A stretch of 64,000 nucleotides of DNA from a virus. The DNA is taken from the IMG/VR virus record IMGVR_UViG_3300008459_000008, positions 32,001-96,000 of that record, one strand, 5' to 3'. The notes under the pieces were generated by a model. That model was not told the origin of the DNA. It did no database searches and was given only the letters and a program-made list of their open reading frames with translations. The position numbers and the translations under genes are program-made. Shown piece after piece: positions 1 through 10,355 of the stretch; position 1 is the stretch's first letter; the number at the start of each line of letters is the position of its first letter.

Positions 1-3000
1 GTTTGACATCAATCAAACAAACTGATTCAGCAATTTCTACAATCTCCCAATCTAATATCTTCTGATCCGCAGTGAGGACATATTCATAGCTCTCACCGCC
101 ATTTATTGTTGCAAATGTACTAGACGAACTAAAAGTTGGATAGGAGACACTAGTATTTTCTACAAACACTATTGGGTTAAATGGCCCCATCGGATCTCCT
201 TTGCCTGGATCGTCAATCAGATCTTTTGTTCCTCTAATTTCGTAAGATTTTTTATTTGTATAGACTTGTCCATACCCATTATCACTTGTCACTTCGATAA
301 GTACAAAGGGATCAAGATTGGAGTCAACTGTAAAGCTGTAGGAGTGAGTTGCTGTTCTAAATTCGGTTAGTGTCTGAACTGGTAAATAATCAACTTTTTT
401 CCATTCGGTCATGATAATCCATCGAGCAAACGACTGATTGGTTAAAATATCAGTTACTGGTGATATTGAAAACGTACCATATATTGAGTAAGAAGATTGG
501 GTTCCTATATATTGGTAGATATCTCTGTAATAACTAGCATAATCACCTAGATTGTAATTATTTGTTGATGACCAATCTTGAACTTTATCGTATTTTCTTG
601 GATTTTTCAATCTATTATTATCTAAAACAGATTCATAAATCTGTTGAAAATATTGTACTTTGTCACCTTGGTTATAAAATTTAAATGGTTGCCACTCTTT
701 ATGAGTTTGATAAGTACGGATTTTTAATCTGAAACATTCAGATGCTAAACTTAAATCGGCGACCGAAAAATCTATGACACAGTTATATACTGTTGAACCA
801 CTGTTTATTGGCATTAAATAAGCCTCATTCAAATGAAAATCATACGGACTAAAATCTTGTTTGATCTTAATAATTCTAGTGTCATAATTTCTGTGTACTA
901 TTGTAGTATTACCAACAAAATCAGCTCTACCTGTGATATCCAAAATCCTATGGGTAAGTGGAATAACATTTTTTTGTAACCAAATTTTCAGACCTTGTAG
1001 TTTAATCAACACTTCATTTAAAGAATAAAAAAGTAAATTAGTACCTTCTTTATCTGTAATTCTAAATGTCAAATTGAATAAATTTGTATCCTCAAAATTT
1101 GGATTCGGAAGTGTGTGTTTTATAAAATCATTTGGTGTCCATCCTGGTACGGTGTTATCGAATATATCCGGAATTTCAACTTTGAATAGTTTCTTATAAT
1201 CTTTAGATTCAACATTAATATTTCTATAATATTCATATAATTCCAAATCATTATATCCAAAGTAATTTATTGCGTTTATTATAGCTTTGTAAGAACCTAT
1301 ATAAGAATAAATTACATCGCGAACCATTAGAAGTTCCTTTCTCTTCTTATTCAAAAATGTCCAATCAATTCCTTGTTCATTAATATCATATGTTTTGAAA
1401 ATGTAGGTGTCCTCTGGTGCGATTAGTTGTCCACTGTTACCCAATTCGACTTTAAATCTTATGTCTTCGATTTCTGTTTGTCCATAGACATCAAAACTTC
1501 CTATCTCTTTATCCAATATTTGGAATATCACACTTAGATAAGTATTTTTTCCCGATTTTGGATAATTTTCAATTACTGTAAATTCATTTACAAAATTTTG
1601 ATCAATAAATTGGCCTATGATAGTTTTGTTAAATACATATTTCAACTTCATAGTAATACCGTTATTCAGTGAGATATACTTGTTTCTAGTATTTGTAATA
1701 TCAGTGATGAAGACTTTAAGTATCTGACCAGGTTTTAAACCTCGATTCATTCCTTCATCATCACTTACAAAATTCAAATCCGAATTCAAATTGAGATTTA
1801 TAACTAGAAATCCATCTTGTCTCGTATAAAATTGTAGAATATCAAAATTTGATGGAGTTGTTGTTATTGTAAAAGATATACTTTGTCTCTGATATAACTT
1901 CAATACGGAATTATTTGTACCCTCGTTTGATGAATTATATCCTATAAAAACTTCCATAGGAGATGGATCTTGCTTGATATTAGTTTCTGAGTCAATATAG
2001 TCAATCCTCTTTACTATCTCTTCAAAAATAGTTTGTTGTACTATTGAATCGTATCTTTTTGTAATATCCTTGTTTGGAGAATTATTTAACCTAATATCTT
2101 TCAATGGTTTAATACCCAAATAAGAATATGAACCAGAGGTTGTTAGTTGGTCACCAGAAAAATCATATAAAAATATTTCTGGTGTTTGGTCATCCACCCA
2201 TCTCCAAACCAAGTCCATCGGTACATCACCCTCGAAATTATATCTTGGTCCCCTAATATATTCTCTTACCTTTAGCCAAGTATCTTTTCTTCTCTGATGA
2301 TTTGGATCAAGAGTTCCATATAAATTATCTTCGACTGGCACGGAATCAGTGGGACCCGGTGTCAAAAACGACCCCAACGTAACTTTCAATTCAATGACTG
2401 AACTTTGTTCGAAAACACCCGATATACTCGGCACAATTCCAAAAACACTATTCCTTGATGGGTTGTAAACTATTTTTTTAATATTACCTTGAAATCTCTC
2501 ACTCCATTTGAATTTTCCTTCTAGCGTATCAAGTACCTTTAATTCTGGACCGGATGCTTGGTATACATCACCGTCATATTGATTAACAATCATGGGTCCG
2601 GGTGTTAATGTACCAACACTAGTAATAAGTCCACCATTAACATTAATTGCAGCAAACTGACTAGTTTGGGAAACTACTATTTGTTCGAGTACATTATTAT
2701 AAACATAGTAATTGTCTGTCTGAGCTGTTAAAACTCCGAATGAATAAGAAAGACCGTTATTGATTTTCCTAATCCCATATGCGTCAAATATGTAGATTGA
2801 AGATTCAGATGGTTCATAGAAAAGAGGACCAACCAAACCTTCAAACGGGTAGGATATAACCACATTCCTAGTTGAACCTTCTACACGTTGAATACTATTA
2901 TCAACTAGAGAAAAATACATATCATTCTCACTCGGGTTGAAAGATATATCAGTGATTACGGATGAAAAATTCAATGTGTAATCCGAAGTTGATGTGAAAT

Positions 3001-5881
3001 TATTTTGTTTCCAAATATCAGATACGGTGTCATTGTTGTAAATCAAATAAAAATCTCCATTGATTGTATTGAAGTCAAACTTTTTCGGTATACTTGTGGA
3101 TGAGAACGTAAATGAGTTTTCAATCAAATTTAACCTTGGATCTACGATGTGTAGTCCATATTCTGATAAACAATAAATATACTCATTGACTGGGTTTATA
3201 CCTATTTGTACAGGACCTGTCAACCCTGGTAAATCTATTGTGCTGGTTACTATAGCAGTATTACCATCCATGACTGTTAATTTTTCACCCAAAATATATA
3301 AATTTTCGGTTATTGGTGTATAAATTATATCTTGCAGTTTGGTATTCCCATTGATTGTATATTCTTCACCGGTATAACTGTTTGTAGTTCCAAAATTGAT
3401 CAAAAATGAATTCTGATATTCTTCCCTAGTGAATTCTCCACCTAGATCAACAGATTGTGTAATAACAATACATCCTGTAGCACCAAATCCGTCACTAAAT
3501 CCAATTATTACATAAGGCGAAACATCGCATTTTGGGTCTATTGTAGACCAGAATGGTCCACGATAGTCAAGAATCATACTTTGTGGTTCAAGTGTAATCA
3601 GATTATATTCTTGATTATTCCAAGGATAAACTGTATTATTTATGCCCAAAACTTGGCCAGTAGCAAATTGTTCTGCTTCAAAAGACCAAGTTGCTAATTG
3701 AATAATTAATTGATCTGAAGATAAACTCAAACCAGCTGGATCATTATCTATAATTGATGAGTTTTCATTTCCTTCGGGTAAGAGTATCTCATTTGAAGTA
3801 ATCAATGCACCAAATTTTCCAAAGAATTTCGGTATTATGGTGTATAATTCTTCTTGTGGTAAACTTGATTTACCTACTTGTATTTTATATTCCAGTCTTT
3901 GAGATTGAGATCTAGTCCTAAATATAAGAATATTGTTTTTATTTAATACGATTATTCCATAATCAAGTAGTTCTTCTTGATATTCCTCTACCCAATTAGC
4001 AAGTGTTGTGTCGATATCAAAGGTAAATGGTTGTGATTGGATTGGTGTTGAAGAGATACCATAACTCCTATTATTGATAGTCAATGAAATATAGTTACTA
4101 ATATCTTTGAAAATAATCTCTGAGTGTTCGATATAAAAGTCAGCTGTTATACCAACCTCAACATCAAAATCAATTGGAACATTTGGATAGACTGTAGTCA
4201 AATTGATACTATTATAATAGATCGAATTTAAACCACCAGTGAAACCGACTTTAGCTTTATATCCTATAACAAATAACCTAAGATACCATTTTTCGTACCA
4301 TTTTCTGAGTGTCTTGTCAATAGTTCTTTCAAAATTTACAGTCGAAGATTCATAAACCCATTGAATTTCTTGTTGATAAACTTGTTTGTTGATTGTAATT
4401 TTTATTCCAAAATCATCTAGATCAGTAAAAACTATGTTATATTTGAAATTTTCACAAATATCAACATTCATCTCGGTCTTCAGTGGTTCTAAAATTTCAG
4501 TATTTCTTTCATAGATAGTCCTTCTGCTCGCGTAACTTTGAGTACCTGTCGATGATAGTTGGAAATCAACCTCACAATAGTTTGTCGGATAGATTAGATC
4601 TACGTTCAGAGCACTATTTTTATAATATAAGTCTAAGTCAAATAATTTGACTTCTTCTTTATACTTTTCTATTAATGATCCCAATGTCACTGCGGAACTT
4701 TGAGTAAATGATTGTGTGTAAGAAATTACATTACTCGATAAATGAACCTCAGCGTAAAAAAGTTCCTCACTTATTAATTGGCTTGTTAAAGGTAAATAAT
4801 TTGGCTTACCCCAATACTCGATATCATCTGGAGTTACTGATGATGTGGCACTCCAAGTATGTGATTGTACACACTCATAGATTAAATTATTCCAAATGAC
4901 TTGACTTTGAGTTGCATAGTAAATTAGATTACTATTACCAAGGAAATTTGGGATGTAGTCTACGGTTAGATAATTATAATTTACGGTAGATGTAGGTATG
5001 GTGAAAACACCACCTGGTCTAAGAACCCTTGGTATTGGACCCGTAAAATATAATTTATTACCATCTGCTTTCAGACCCCCACTATAAACATTTGGTGGTT
5101 CTGTTTTCAAGGTAATTTTTAAAGTGAATTCGTCACTTTGGGTGAATGAACTTCTTGGAAATTCGTATTTATAATAAACTCTGTCAAAAAGGTCTTTATT
5201 TTTGATTGTTACAATCCCATCATTTTTTTCAGTATTGACTAGGTTTAATTTCCTTTTGTTGTAAAATCGATCATAAAAATCCGGTTCTGACCATTCGGAA
5301 AAGTTTTCTTTGAAATCCTCGGTGATGTAATTGTAAATACCTATTGTATTTAAACCTGATATCGTTTGGTTTTCATATGTTGCTGTCAATCCAAGAATAA
5401 GTCCATAATCTTGTTCAAATGATAGATTATCAACATTTGACAAAATCATTATCGCATTTTTCTTGGTTTCGACAACTGTGTAAGTTTGTAGAGGATTTGT
5501 GAATTCAAATAATAGTTTATCAAATTTAATTTGGGAACCTTTTGGAAACTTAGATTCAAAGTTTACTCCAAAGATCCATTTAGAATAAAAGTTTGGATCT
5601 GTGTTTGTAGTTTCTATTTTGACTATCGATTGGGTAAAACTTGTACTACCTATGAATTGAAATCTATATTCATTAAAAAGTTGGAATTTTCTTAATTTTA
5701 GATTACCGGGATTCTCATATTCAAATGGTCTTATTCTTTCGAAAGTATATAATCCAATTGTTTTATAGGTATCATCACTATTTTCATCAAACAATAAATC
5801 ACCTTCCCACCTTTCTTTATCTAAATTATAAGTAAAATTGAGATTGTCTCCTTCTTTATTAAAAAATATGAGAGATTGCAT
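1..5881 (-). CDS. Giant (>1960 aa, truncated at window start) putative baseplate/tail structural protein with a beta-propeller-like region
   Basis: Not in the ORF track because its stop lies outside the window. ATG at 5881 (MQSLIFFNKEGDNLNF...). The same frame at ~1320-1230 reads YIGSYKAIINAINYFGYNDLELYEYY, typical of baseplate-wedge/tail-I-like proteins. Repeated blade-like motifs (IIYTPITENLY, IGINPVNEYIY, ISFNPSENDMY, IVYNPSRNSVF). AATATATA motif upstream. Frame was spot-checked, not translated end to end. Confidence 0.7.
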   Translation of the reverse strand, partial: MQSLIFFNKEGDNLNFTYNLDKERWEGDLLFDENSDDTYKTIGLYTFERIRPFEYENPGNLKLRKFQLFNEYRFQFIGSTSFTQSIVKIETTNTDPNFYSKWIFGVNFESKFPKGSQIKFDKLLFEFTNPLQTYTVVETKKNAIMILSNVDNLSFEQDYGLILGLTATYENQTISGLNTIGIYNYITEDFKENFSEWSEPDFYDRFYNKRKLNLVNTEKNDGIVTIKNKDLFDRVYYKYEFPRSSFTQSDEFTLKITLKTEPPNVYSGGLKADGNKLYFTGPIPRVLRPGGVFTIPTSTVNYNYLTVDYIPNFLGNSNLIYYATQSQVIWNNLIYECVQSHTWSATSSVTPDDIEYWGKPNYLPLTSQLISEELFYAEVHLSSNVISYTQSFTQSSAVTLGSLIEKYKEEVKLFDLDLYYKNSALNVDLIYPTNYCEVDFQLSSTGTQSYASRRTIYERNTEILEPLKTEMNVDICENFKYNIVFTDLDDFGIKITINKQVYQQEIQWVYESSTVNFERTIDKTLRKWYEKWYLRLFVIGYKAKVGFTGGLNSIYYNSINLTTVYPNVPIDFDVEVGITADFYIEHSEIIFKDISNYISLTINNRSYGISSTPIQSQPFTFDIDTTLANWVEEYQEELLDYGIIVLNKNNILIFRTRSQSQRLEYKIQVGKSSLPQEELYTIIPKFFGKFGALITSNEILLPEGNENSSIIDNDPAGLSLSSDQLIIQLATWSFEAEQFATGQVLGINNTVYPWNNQEYNLITLEPQSMILDYRGPFWSTIDPKCDVSPYVIIGFSDGFGATGCIVITQSVDLGGEFTREEYQNSFLINFGTTNSYTGEEYTINGNTKLQDIIYTPITENLYILGEKLTVMDGNTAIVTSTIDLPGLTGPVQIGINPVNEYIYCLSEYGLHIVDPRLNLIENSFTFSSTSIPKKFDFNTINGDFYLIYNNDTVSDIWKQNNFTSTSDYTLNFSSVITDISFNPSENDMYFSLVDNSIQRVEGSTRNVVISYPFEGLVGPLFYEPSESSIYIFDAYGIRKINNGLSYSFGVLTAQTDNYYVYNNVLEQIVVSQTSQFAAINVNGGLITSVGTLTPGPMIVNQYDGDVYQASGPELKVLDTLEGKFKWSERFQGNIKKIVYNPSRNSVFGIVPSISGVFEQSSVIELKVTLGSFLTPGPTDSVPVEDNLYGTLDPNHQRRKDTWLKVREYIRGPRYNFEGDVPMDLVWRWVDDQTPEIFLYDFSGDQLTTSGSYSYLGIKPLKDIRLNNSPNKDITKRYDSIVQQTIFEEIVKRIDYIDSETNIKQDPSPMEVFIGYNSSNEGTNNSVLKLYQRQSISFTITTTPSNFDILQFYTRQDGFLVINLNLNSDLNFVSDDEGMNRGLKPGQILKVFITDITNTRNKYISLNNGITMKLKYVFNKTIIGQFIDQNFVNEFTVIENYPKSGKNTYLSVIFQILDKEIGSFDVYGQTEIEDIRFKVELGNSGQLIAPEDTYIFKTYDINEQGIDWTFLNKKRKELLMVRDVIYSYIGSYKAIINAINYFGYNDLELYEYYRNINVESKDYKKLFKVEIPDIFDNTVPGWTPNDFIKHTLPNPNFEDTNLFNLTFRITDKEGTNLLFYSLNEVLIKLQGLKIWLQKNVIPLTHRILDITGRADFVGNTTIVHRNYDTRIIKIKQDFSPYDFHLNEAYLMPINSGSTVYNCVIDFSVADLSLASECFRLKIRTYQTHKEWQPFKFYNQGDKVQYFQQIYESVLDNNRLKNPRKYDKVQDWSSTNNYNLGDYASYYRDIYQYIGTQSSYSIYGTFSISPVTDILTNQSFARWIIMTEWKKVDYLPVQTLTEFRTATHSYSFTVDSNLDPFVLIEVTSDNGYGQVYTNKKSYEIRGTKDLIDDPGKGDPMGPFNPIVFVENTSVSYPTFSSSSTFATINGGESYEYVLTADQKILDWEIVEIAESVCLIDVK

Positions 5882-5971
5882 TAAAAATTTTCAACAGTTT
5901 TTTTATATATTAAAATAGATACTTTTAATCAAATAGTTTTGAATATATAAATCAACAAATAATCTGTGAAT

Positions 5972-6550
5972 ATGAAATACATCAAGTTATTCGACAATTA
6001 CAAACCAATAAGTGAAAATTTAAAATATCACATTGATAACAATTTACCCGTATTGGAAAATATTTTTAGACCTGGTTCTGATTCTTTCTTTAACTTAATT
6101 AAGGAAGCTAGAGAATTATATGATAATGGTAATATAGAACTAATAGGAATCGATAAACAATTATTCGAAACCACAGATTTGGGAAAATTTGGAGAATTTG
6201 ATGGAGTGATTGTTCCACTTGATCTACCTTTAGAGGTAATTGATGAGGTTAATGAAGCTGAATATCATGGGAAAAAAGTACCAATTGGTAAACCTATGAG
6301 AAGCTCAGGTCCAAAGAAATATAAAGTTTATGTTATTAACCCTAAGACAAAAAAAGTAAAAGTAGTAAATTTTGGAGACGCTAAAGGTGGTTTGAGTGCT
6401 AAAGTATCTGATTCTAAAGCTAGAAAAGCTTTTGCTGCTAGACATCAGTGTCATTTGAAGAAGGACCGCACAAAACCGGGTTACTGGGCTTGTAGGGCTA
6501 ATAGATATGCTAATCTTTGGGGCGGAAAAACCTATCCTGGATACTGGTAA
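5972..6550 (+). CDS. Phage protein with acidic N-half and basic C-terminal domain (DUF6321-like); candidate internal head protein
   Basis: C-terminal KKYKVYV...VVNFGD...ARKAFAARHQC...GYWAC motif; leader MKYIKLFDNY..SE; ATG at 5972 preferred to GTG at 5966. Confidence 0.6.
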   Translation: MKYIKLFDNYKPISENLKYHIDNNLPVLENIFRPGSDSFFNLIKEARELYDNGNIELIGIDKQLFETTDLGKFGEFDGVIVPLDLPLEVIDEVNEAEYHGKKVPIGKPMRSSGPKKYKVYVINPKTKKVKVVNFGDAKGGLSAKVSDSKARKAFAARHQCHLKKDRTKPGYWACRANRYANLWGGKTYPGYW

Positions 6551-6559
6551 TATATTCTT

Positions 6560-6829
6560 ATGTACTTACCCTTTGAAGAAGAAAATATGGGTGAAAATAC
6601 TTTCATCAGAGAATTTAAACAAAATACGGATTCCGGAGATTTTACTTGGCACCGTGACAGAGAAGATAGAATTGTCGAATCACTACACCCAACGGATTGG
6701 GAAATTCAAATTGACAATGAATTACCAAAATCTTTAAATGAAAAAGTTATTATACCAATCGGTGTTTGGCATAGAATTATAAAAGGAAATGGGGATTTAA
6801 AGATTAAATTGATAAAATTAAAAAAATAA
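6560..6829 (+). CDS. Small cupin-fold protein
   Basis: WHRDRE...IIPIGVWHRIIKG matches the two cupin His motifs. Confidence 0.6.
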   Translation: MYLPFEEENMGENTFIREFKQNTDSGDFTWHRDREDRIVESLHPTDWEIQIDNELPKSLNEKVIIPIGVWHRIIKGNGDLKIKLIKLKK

Positions 6830-6878
6830 ATTCTTATATATAGATATAGTAATAAATCTATAAAAAAGAATTTAAATT

Positions 6879-8618
6879 ATGAGAATAGATAATCCCCTAA
6901 TAGAGAAAATCAATGATGTGCCATTTACTTTGACCTCAAGCATAATTTCAGTAGGTCAAGGATCAACAAATTTTAATACTGGAATTGAAATAAATGCTTT
7001 TGGAACAAATGCGGCTAGTGGAAATACCGCTTCATATATTAACGCATTTGGTAATAATGCTGCATGTGGAAACACAGGAGATTATGTTGATGGGATAGGA
7101 TATCAAAGTGCATATGGTAACAGTGGTAGTAATGTAAGTGCTTTGGGTTACCAATCGGCAAAAAATAATATCGGTGATAACGTAATTGCAATAGGTGTAG
7201 GATCCTCTACAAACAATACTGGTAATTGTGTTAACTCAATAGGTCTTTGCTCAACAGTTAATAACACTGGTGATGGAGTAGTTGGGATTGGATTTGAATC
7301 AGCGTGTGAAAATACCGGCACCGGTGTAGTAGGGGTGGGGGATCGTTCATCAGTTTGTAATACCGGAAATTTAGTAGTAGGTATTGGTAATTTAGCGTCA
7401 ATGTGTAATAGTGGATATTACGTTGTTGGTGTGGGATATAGAGCAGCATGTGGTAATAGTGCAAGTTATGTTAGTGCTGTGGGTTTTGACGCAGCTTGTA
7501 ATAACCTTGGTGATAATGTTGTAGCTGTTGGATATCTTGCAGCTGCAGATAATATAGGAAGTTGTGTTGTTGGTGTGGGTATTGGAGCTGCCTGTTCTAA
7601 CTATGGTTGTAATATAGTCAGTATAGGTTATCAAGCTGGCATAACTCAATCTGGTAATTGTAACAATTTTATTGGTATGGACGCTGGTAACATCAATACA
7701 GGATCTTATGTGAATGCAATTGGATATAGAACTGGTTTAGGTAATACCGGAAGTATTGTAAATGCAATTGGATTTTGTTCAGCGTGGGGAAATTTAGGTG
7801 ATTGTGTGAATGCGTTTGGTTTATGCTCAACATCACTAAATTCTGGTAATTATGTCGATGCAATTGGGGTGTGTGCGGCTTATCAAAATACAGGAAATTG
7901 TGTTATTTCAATTGGATTGAATTCTGGATTTTGTAATTTAGGAAATTGTACAACTTTTGTTGGTCCAAACTCGGGATATTGTAACCTATGTGACAATGTT
8001 ATAGGGATTGGTGATAGCTCAGCCTATGGAAATAGTGGTAGCACTGTGACCTCGATCGGACTACAGGCTGCTTGGTATAACGAGGGTGATGGTGTGGTCG
8101 CTATGGGTGATCAAGCTGCTTATTGCAATACAGGAAGTTATATAGTTGGTGTTGGTTCTCAAGCTGGGTTTTGTAATAGTGGTTCTTTAGTCGGAGTCGG
8201 TCAAGGTGCGGGTGCTTGTAACAAGGGAAATCTGGTAGTTGCTCTTGGTATAAATGCTGCTGCTAATAATAATGGTGCCAATGTCCACTCTATGGGATAT
8301 CAAGCTGGTCTTGGAAACACAGGTAGTCATGTTACATCTATAGGATACAGATCAGGTTATCTAAACACAGGATCACATTCCATTTTCTTTGGATATTGTG
8401 CTGGCGGCACGAATTCAGGTAATCATATCATAGCAATGGGAGCAAGTGCTGGTATCGGCAACACACAAAGTAATAGATTTATTATTTCAAATTGTAACTT
8501 ACCTTCCTTTGTTGATTATGACACAGCATCTGCTTCTATTTATAGTTCAATGCCATCAGGCAATACATACTTATTCTTCAACGAATCTACTTGTGTAGTA
8601 CAAGCTGTTAGAAAATAA
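6879..8618 (+). CDS. Fibre/adhesin-like protein with ~35 14-residue Gly/Asn/Cys repeats (YadA-head-like beta-roll)
   Basis: Periodic N(T/S)GxxVx(A/G)IGxx(A/S)xx repeats through most of the 579 aa. Confidence 0.65.
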   Translation: MRIDNPLIEKINDVPFTLTSSIISVGQGSTNFNTGIEINAFGTNAASGNTASYINAFGNNAACGNTGDYVDGIGYQSAYGNSGSNVSALGYQSAKNNIGDNVIAIGVGSSTNNTGNCVNSIGLCSTVNNTGDGVVGIGFESACENTGTGVVGVGDRSSVCNTGNLVVGIGNLASMCNSGYYVVGVGYRAACGNSASYVSAVGFDAACNNLGDNVVAVGYLAAADNIGSCVVGVGIGAACSNYGCNIVSIGYQAGITQSGNCNNFIGMDAGNINTGSYVNAIGYRTGLGNTGSIVNAIGFCSAWGNLGDCVNAFGLCSTSLNSGNYVDAIGVCAAYQNTGNCVISIGLNSGFCNLGNCTTFVGPNSGYCNLCDNVIGIGDSSAYGNSGSTVTSIGLQAAWYNEGDGVVAMGDQAAYCNTGSYIVGVGSQAGFCNSGSLVGVGQGAGACNKGNLVVALGINAAANNNGANVHSMGYQAGLGNTGSHVTSIGYRSGYLNTGSHSIFFGYCAGGTNSGNHIIAMGASAGIGNTQSNRFIISNCNLPSFVDYDTASASIYSSMPSGNTYLFFNESTCVVQAVRK

Positions 8619-8627
8619 TAATTAAAT

Positions 8628-8837
8628 ATGAACCATTTACTAATTTTTGAAGATTTCCAAGAAGTTCTTATAGTGGAAAAAAATACTCCAACTAATTCCA
8701 AACTTTGGAATGCTTGTAAGGCTTGGGCTAAATCTAGATATGATGTTTGGCCTTCAGCTTATGCATGTGGGGCTGCTGCTAAAAGATATAAATCTAAGGG
8801 TGGTGGTTGGAAAAAGAAAAAATCCAAGAAGAAGTAA
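8628..8837 (+). CDS. Small basic phage protein (N-terminal half of DUF5872-like family)
   Basis: YDVWPSAYACG...YKSKGGGW motif; leader MNHLLIFEDFQE. Confidence 0.6.
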   Translation: MNHLLIFEDFQEVLIVEKNTPTNSKLWNACKAWAKSRYDVWPSAYACGAAAKRYKSKGGGWKKKKSKKK

Positions 8838-9139
8838 TGGATCATTTACTTTTATTTGAGGATTTTATCAACGAAGAGAAATCTTATAAAGGTTCTCACG
8901 GAGGACTAGACAAGTGGTTTAAAGAAAAGTGGGTTGATATTTCCAAAACAAATAAAGATGGTTCACACCCACCTTGTGGTAGATCCGATACTAATAAAGG
9001 TGGATATCCTAAATGTAGAAAAGTAAGAGTAGCTGCTAAAATGTCAAAGAAACAGAAAAAAGCATCAGTAGCTAGAAAAAGAAAAGCTGAGAGTGAAGGA
9101 TCAAAAGGTAGTAGTAGAAAACCAAACTATTCTAAATAA
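8837..9139 (+). CDS. Small basic phage protein (C-terminal half of DUF5872-like family)
   Basis: GLDKWFKEKWVDI...PCGR...YPKCR motif. ATG at 8837 overlaps the previous TAA. Leader MDHLLLFEDFINEE is near-identical to that of the previous gene. Confidence 0.6.
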   Translation: MDHLLLFEDFINEEKSYKGSHGGLDKWFKEKWVDISKTNKDGSHPPCGRSDTNKGGYPKCRKVRVAAKMSKKQKKASVARKRKAESEGSKGSSRKPNYSK

Positions 9140-10254
9140 CCCTCGTCATATACTCTAGCAATCTCATTAAACTCTTGTAAAACACCATTTTTAATCTTCT
9201 CACTTTCATATTTCTGATTATTAATGTATTGTCTGATCAAATCAGTATATTCAAGTTGAATTGATGGCACAACACCATTATTTAATTCATCATCAGTGAT
9301 GTCATCTATGATAGATTTTACTTCTTCATCATTTTTTTCCAAAACTAAATCATCTATGTAGTCGACGGAAGCAAAGTTTCCAGATTCCAACATCAATTCA
9401 AGTTTCCTCCTTAATTTCCTATTGTTAATTAAAAGGGAATTAGAAATAAAAAGATCTATGTAGTCTTTTGTTGAAACATTTTCAAGTGTTTCAATATCTT
9501 CTTGTGTTCTGATGTATATTTTTTTATACCTTGGGGAAACATTATTTGGTATAAAATTTTCTTCATCTGTCAATGTATCGAGAATAAATATTCCCTTTTG
9601 ATTATTTGTATCATTTCTGTCCATTTCAAAATTATTACCCACAAAAGTAAAGTTTTTAGAAACTTGTAGGATATGTATATGTCCAGAATAAACATTTTTG
9701 TATCCTGAAAATTCCTCAACATCAATTTTATCATTGTTCTTATGTGCAACAGATGTTAAGTGCATCTTAGCACCATTCAAATCAGAGTGACAAAATAGAT
9801 AATCAGCACTTTTGAATTTTTTCAAGACATTAATCTGTTCTTGTTTTTTTTCTACCCACGGTAACATCAAAATTGATTTTCCACAGAAGTCAATCTTTGT
9901 GGGTTCTTCATAAACAGTAATATTTGGAATATATTTGTATAGTTTAACAGTATTTACATCATTAGATGCTTTAGTATATAAATCATGATTTCCTATTAAA
10001 ATATGTATAGGACAAATCTTTGACAATTTTTCAAGTAAATCTTGAGCGTAGTTTAAAATGTTAATAGGCACAACAGAACGATTATCAAATAAATCACCAC
10101 AATGAACGATGATATCATTTTCACTCAGTTCTTTTTGGACAAGAGGTAGTAGAAACTTCTCGAAATATTCTTGATGGACTTTAAACCATTTATCCACTGA
10201 ATTTGGATAACCTAAACCAAGATGTGTATCACCTATAATTAAAATTTTAGACAT
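9127..10254 (-). CDS. Mre11/SbcD/T4 gp47-like recombination nuclease subunit
   Basis: Metallophosphoesterase motifs GDTHLG, GDLFD, GNHD, FCH, SGHIH; 375 aa. Confidence 0.85.
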   Translation of the reverse strand: MSKILIIGDTHLGLGYPNSVDKWFKVHQEYFEKFLLPLVQKELSENDIIVHCGDLFDNRSVVPINILNYAQDLLEKLSKICPIHILIGNHDLYTKASNDVNTVKLYKYIPNITVYEEPTKIDFCGKSILMLPWVEKKQEQINVLKKFKSADYLFCHSDLNGAKMHLTSVAHKNNDKIDVEEFSGYKNVYSGHIHILQVSKNFTFVGNNFEMDRNDTNNQKGIFILDTLTDEENFIPNNVSPRYKKIYIRTQEDIETLENVSTKDYIDLFISNSLLINNRKLRRKLELMLESGNFASVDYIDDLVLEKNDEEVKSIIDDITDDELNNGVVPSIQLEYTDLIRQYINNQKYESEKIKNGVLQEFNEIARVYDEGYLE

Positions 10255-10355
10255 ATAACAATTATATGTTGATATGATTAATTGTTATAAAAAACTAATT
10301 TTTACATTTTGTTTTTTGTGAAAACGATATATAAAAAAAAAGAAAAAATTAAGTA

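Noticed and set aside
3455-4899. Short + strand ORFs (3455, 4708), and other 60-110 aa ORFs nested in or antisense to long genes across the window
   Set aside because: Shadow frames with no motifs or start context.
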